Source: Lachnospiraceae bacterium (GTDB taxonomy: Bacteria; Bacillota; Clostridia; Lachnospirales; Lachnospiraceae). From it: a DNA stretch of 64,000 nucleotides. Made by a program: the position numbers and the translations under genes. The notes under the pieces are model-generated. The model searched no databases, was not told the origin of the DNA, and worked only from the letters and a program-made list of their open reading frames with translations. This document shows positions 63,301-64,000 of the stretch, one piece after another. The DNA lies in NCBI GenBank assembly GCA_009780115.1, contig WRAQ01000011.1, forward strand, positions 3,586-67,585. Reading direction: 5' to 3'. Position 1 is the stretch's first letter, and each line of letters opens with the position of its first letter.

Positions 63301-64000
63301 AAAGGATGGAGATTCCTTTGGATGAGCTGTTTGTTATTGCCCCTTGATTATTTCCGATAAGGCCGCCAACGATATTACTGCTTGCAGTGAGATTTATGAT
63401 ATTGATAGATGCGCTGTTTTCAATGGTACCGCTGGCAGTATTAATTCCTGCCAAGCCGCCAAGTATTCCTGTGGCCCGCAAATTTCCGCCGTTAATAGTA
63501 ACATTAGATATCAGCCCACGGTTTTGTCCCGCAAGTACCCCGACACTGTTTCGGCCGGTGATATCCGCATTTCTAATATTTAATTCAGTGATAAGCCCTG
63601 CATTTACACCAAACAAGCCAATATTATCTTGGGTTGCGAGATTAACCGCCAAACCAGCGATAGTATGGCCGTTGCCAGCCAGTATTCCGCTGAACGGAGT
63701 TGTGGCGGTACCTATCGGCTGCCATCCGGTTCCCGATAAATCAATATCAGCTTCCAGACGGAAATTGCCTGAAAGATTATCGCTGATGGCAGATAATTCT
63801 TCAGCAGTGGTTATAGCGATGTAGTCCGTGCTTATTGCACCGCCTAATCCTTTAAGCGCAGGGAATGCGCCGTCTTCCAGTTCCCAAATATTAGCGAAAT
63901 CCCATCCATCGAAGGTTTCTTGATTCTTCATCTGCGCCGTGGATTTAGCTTCCGGGGCGGCGGAAGGCCTTCCGGTTATGGTCGTGCTGAAATAACTGGA
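60353..64000 (-). CDS. Giant GLUG-motif repeat surface protein (N-terminus outside the window)
   Basis: Dense (I/V)GG(L/F)(I/V)G repeats. Each module starts with ETFxxWDFxxIWELExGxFPALKGLGG...ITTAEELSAI...GNFxLEADIDL. The frame stays open past the listed ATG (63931) to the window edge. No LPXTG or anchor at the C-terminus (...GNVTIR). Confidence 0.8.
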   Translation of the reverse strand, partial: SSYFSTTITGRPSAAPEAKSTAQMKNQETFDGWDFANIWELEDGAFPALKGLGGAISTDYIAITTAEELSAISDNLSGNFRLEADIDLSGTGWQPIGTATTPFSGILAGNGHTIAGLAVNLATQDNIGLFGVNAGLITELNIRNADITGRNSVGVLAGQNRGLISNVTINGGNLRATGILGGLAGINTASGTIENSASINIINLTASSNIVGGLIGNNQGAITNSSSKGISILSGPDNIGGLTGVNSGTINESESNNNIVGRSNIGGLIGSMTAGIVEQSHATGNINSTGSAVGGFIGNLSGGTINKSSATGLITANSNNIGGFIGSMSNGTVSESSAAGNTTTSSFTAGGFIGSFTRGIIEQSYATGSTNATANIGGFVGNMVVANNTSAIIRNSFASGSVSSALSAGGFVGNMGTGTSASVSRIENSYTISSNINGFRGTATGTIQILSSYFSTTITNRLSSAPEAKTTVQMKSQETFDGWDFADIWELENGSFPALKGLGGAISTDYIAITTAEELSAIRNNLSGNFRLEADIDLSRIGWQPIGNTITPFSGILDGNGYTITGLTANLTTQDNVGLFSVNAGIITDLIIKDPNIIGRNNIGALAGQNRGLITNITVDGGSLRATGILGGLIGINNTSGIIEDSVSINIISLTASSNTIGGLVGNNQGMVSNVSSNGIATLSGLDNIGGLIGTNSGTINKSESNNNITGRNNVGGLIGTITGGTVEQSNAIGNVNATGSVGGFIGNISAGIIRECYATGNVTATSDNAGGFIGTMTSGTITESYAVGSITSSGSRAGGFIGSFTRGGIEQSFATGNVNATANIGGFVGIMAVTNNTSAIIKNSFASGGISSALSAGGFVGNISAGATASISRIENSYTISNNINGFRGTATGAIQIISSYFSTTITGRPSTSPEARTTVQMKNQETFADWDFIDIWELEDGAFPALKGLGGAISMSGIGITTAEELSAIRNNLSGNFYLEADIDLSEIEWQPIGSTTTPFSGIITGNGYTINGLTISLTTQDNVGLFGVNAGLITDLSIKDTNITGRNNVGTLAGQNRGLITNVSIDGGTLRATGTIGGLTGINTSSGVIEESFSINITSLTASSSIAGGLVGNNQGAIQNGFSNGIATLSGLDNVGGLIGTNSGTINQSESNNNITGRSNVGGLIGSMSGGMVEQSHATGNINATGSAGSLTGNMTRGSLLNSHGTGNVTIR
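60353..64000 (-). repeat. Tandem coding repeats of about 1.35 kb (at least 3 and a fraction)
   Basis: Module-initial Met codons lie at 63929-63931, 62579-62581 and 61232-61234, giving periods of 1350 and 1347 nt. By eye the repeats are diverged at the nucleotide level rather than identical. The last unit is truncated at 60353. Confidence 0.85.

Noticed and set aside
60552-63824. Series of plus-strand ORFs of 63-145 aa (60552-60971, 61998-62318, 63387-63824 and others) with similar Pro/Leu/Val-rich translations.
   Set aside because: They are antisense to the GLUG-repeat gene. They recur only because the underlying 1.35-kb unit is repeated. They have no RBS and no independent signal.

Overview
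The window looks like a chromosomal segment of a spore-forming, low-to-moderate-GC Firmicute of Clostridia type. Supporting signs are gpr, the dgt-dnaG-rpoD-trmK-nif3 gene order, an RNase P RNA, GGAGG ribosome-binding sites and several TTG starts. I saw no transposase, integrase, phage gene or CRISPR array.

Layout:
- 1-21.6 kb: a cell-surface polysaccharide locus. It holds a BY-kinase tail, class B sortase, LCP ligase, priming phosphotransferase, GT4 and GT8 glycosyltransferases, glf, Wzy-like and Wzx-like proteins, FkbM methyltransferase, galE, a TupA-like ATP-grasp protein and a fused sugar kinase/UDP-sugar pyrophosphorylase. Embedded in it is a phosphonate module: LicD, a cytidylyltransferase-PEP mutase fusion, a LicC-like nucleotidyltransferase and an Ldh_2 dehydrogenase. 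No phosphonopyruvate decarboxylase is visible.
- 21.9-36.4 kb: a minus-strand block of two TM-less hybrid histidine kinases, then pstB-pstS-pstC-pstA-pstB'-phoU, a single-domain receiver and an NhaP-type antiporter. A divergent MalT/LuxR-type regulator follows.
- 36.4-43.2 kb: a tRNA-Leu whose anticodon reads AAG, carB without carA, a zinc-ribbon membrane protein, an HHxxxDG acyltransferase and an esterase.
- 43.3-52.0 kb: housekeeping genes (dGTPase-like, dnaG, rpoD, trmK, nif3, a long uridine-kinase-family protein, rnpB, rpsT).
- 52.1-57.0 kb: an AT-rich islet with a radical SAM/SPASM maturase, a 59-aa Cys-rich precursor peptide and a propeller-SBP lipoprotein.
- 57.1-64.0 kb: gpr, a degenerate PP2C-like protein with a membrane Ser/Thr kinase, and a giant GLUG-repeat surface protein built of about 1.35-kb tandem repeats that runs off the window.

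Most interesting, in my order:
1. The decarboxylase-less phosphonate module, which predicts a phosphonolactate-type glycan decoration.
2. The rSAM/Cys-rich peptide (RiPP) islet.
3. A Pst transporter with two PstB paralogs whose ATP-site motifs are degenerate in a complementary way.
4. Two families of structured intergenic repeats that are co-oriented with transcription.
5. The A34 tRNA-Leu.

All functional calls come from motif-level reading of the translations. No database search was run.
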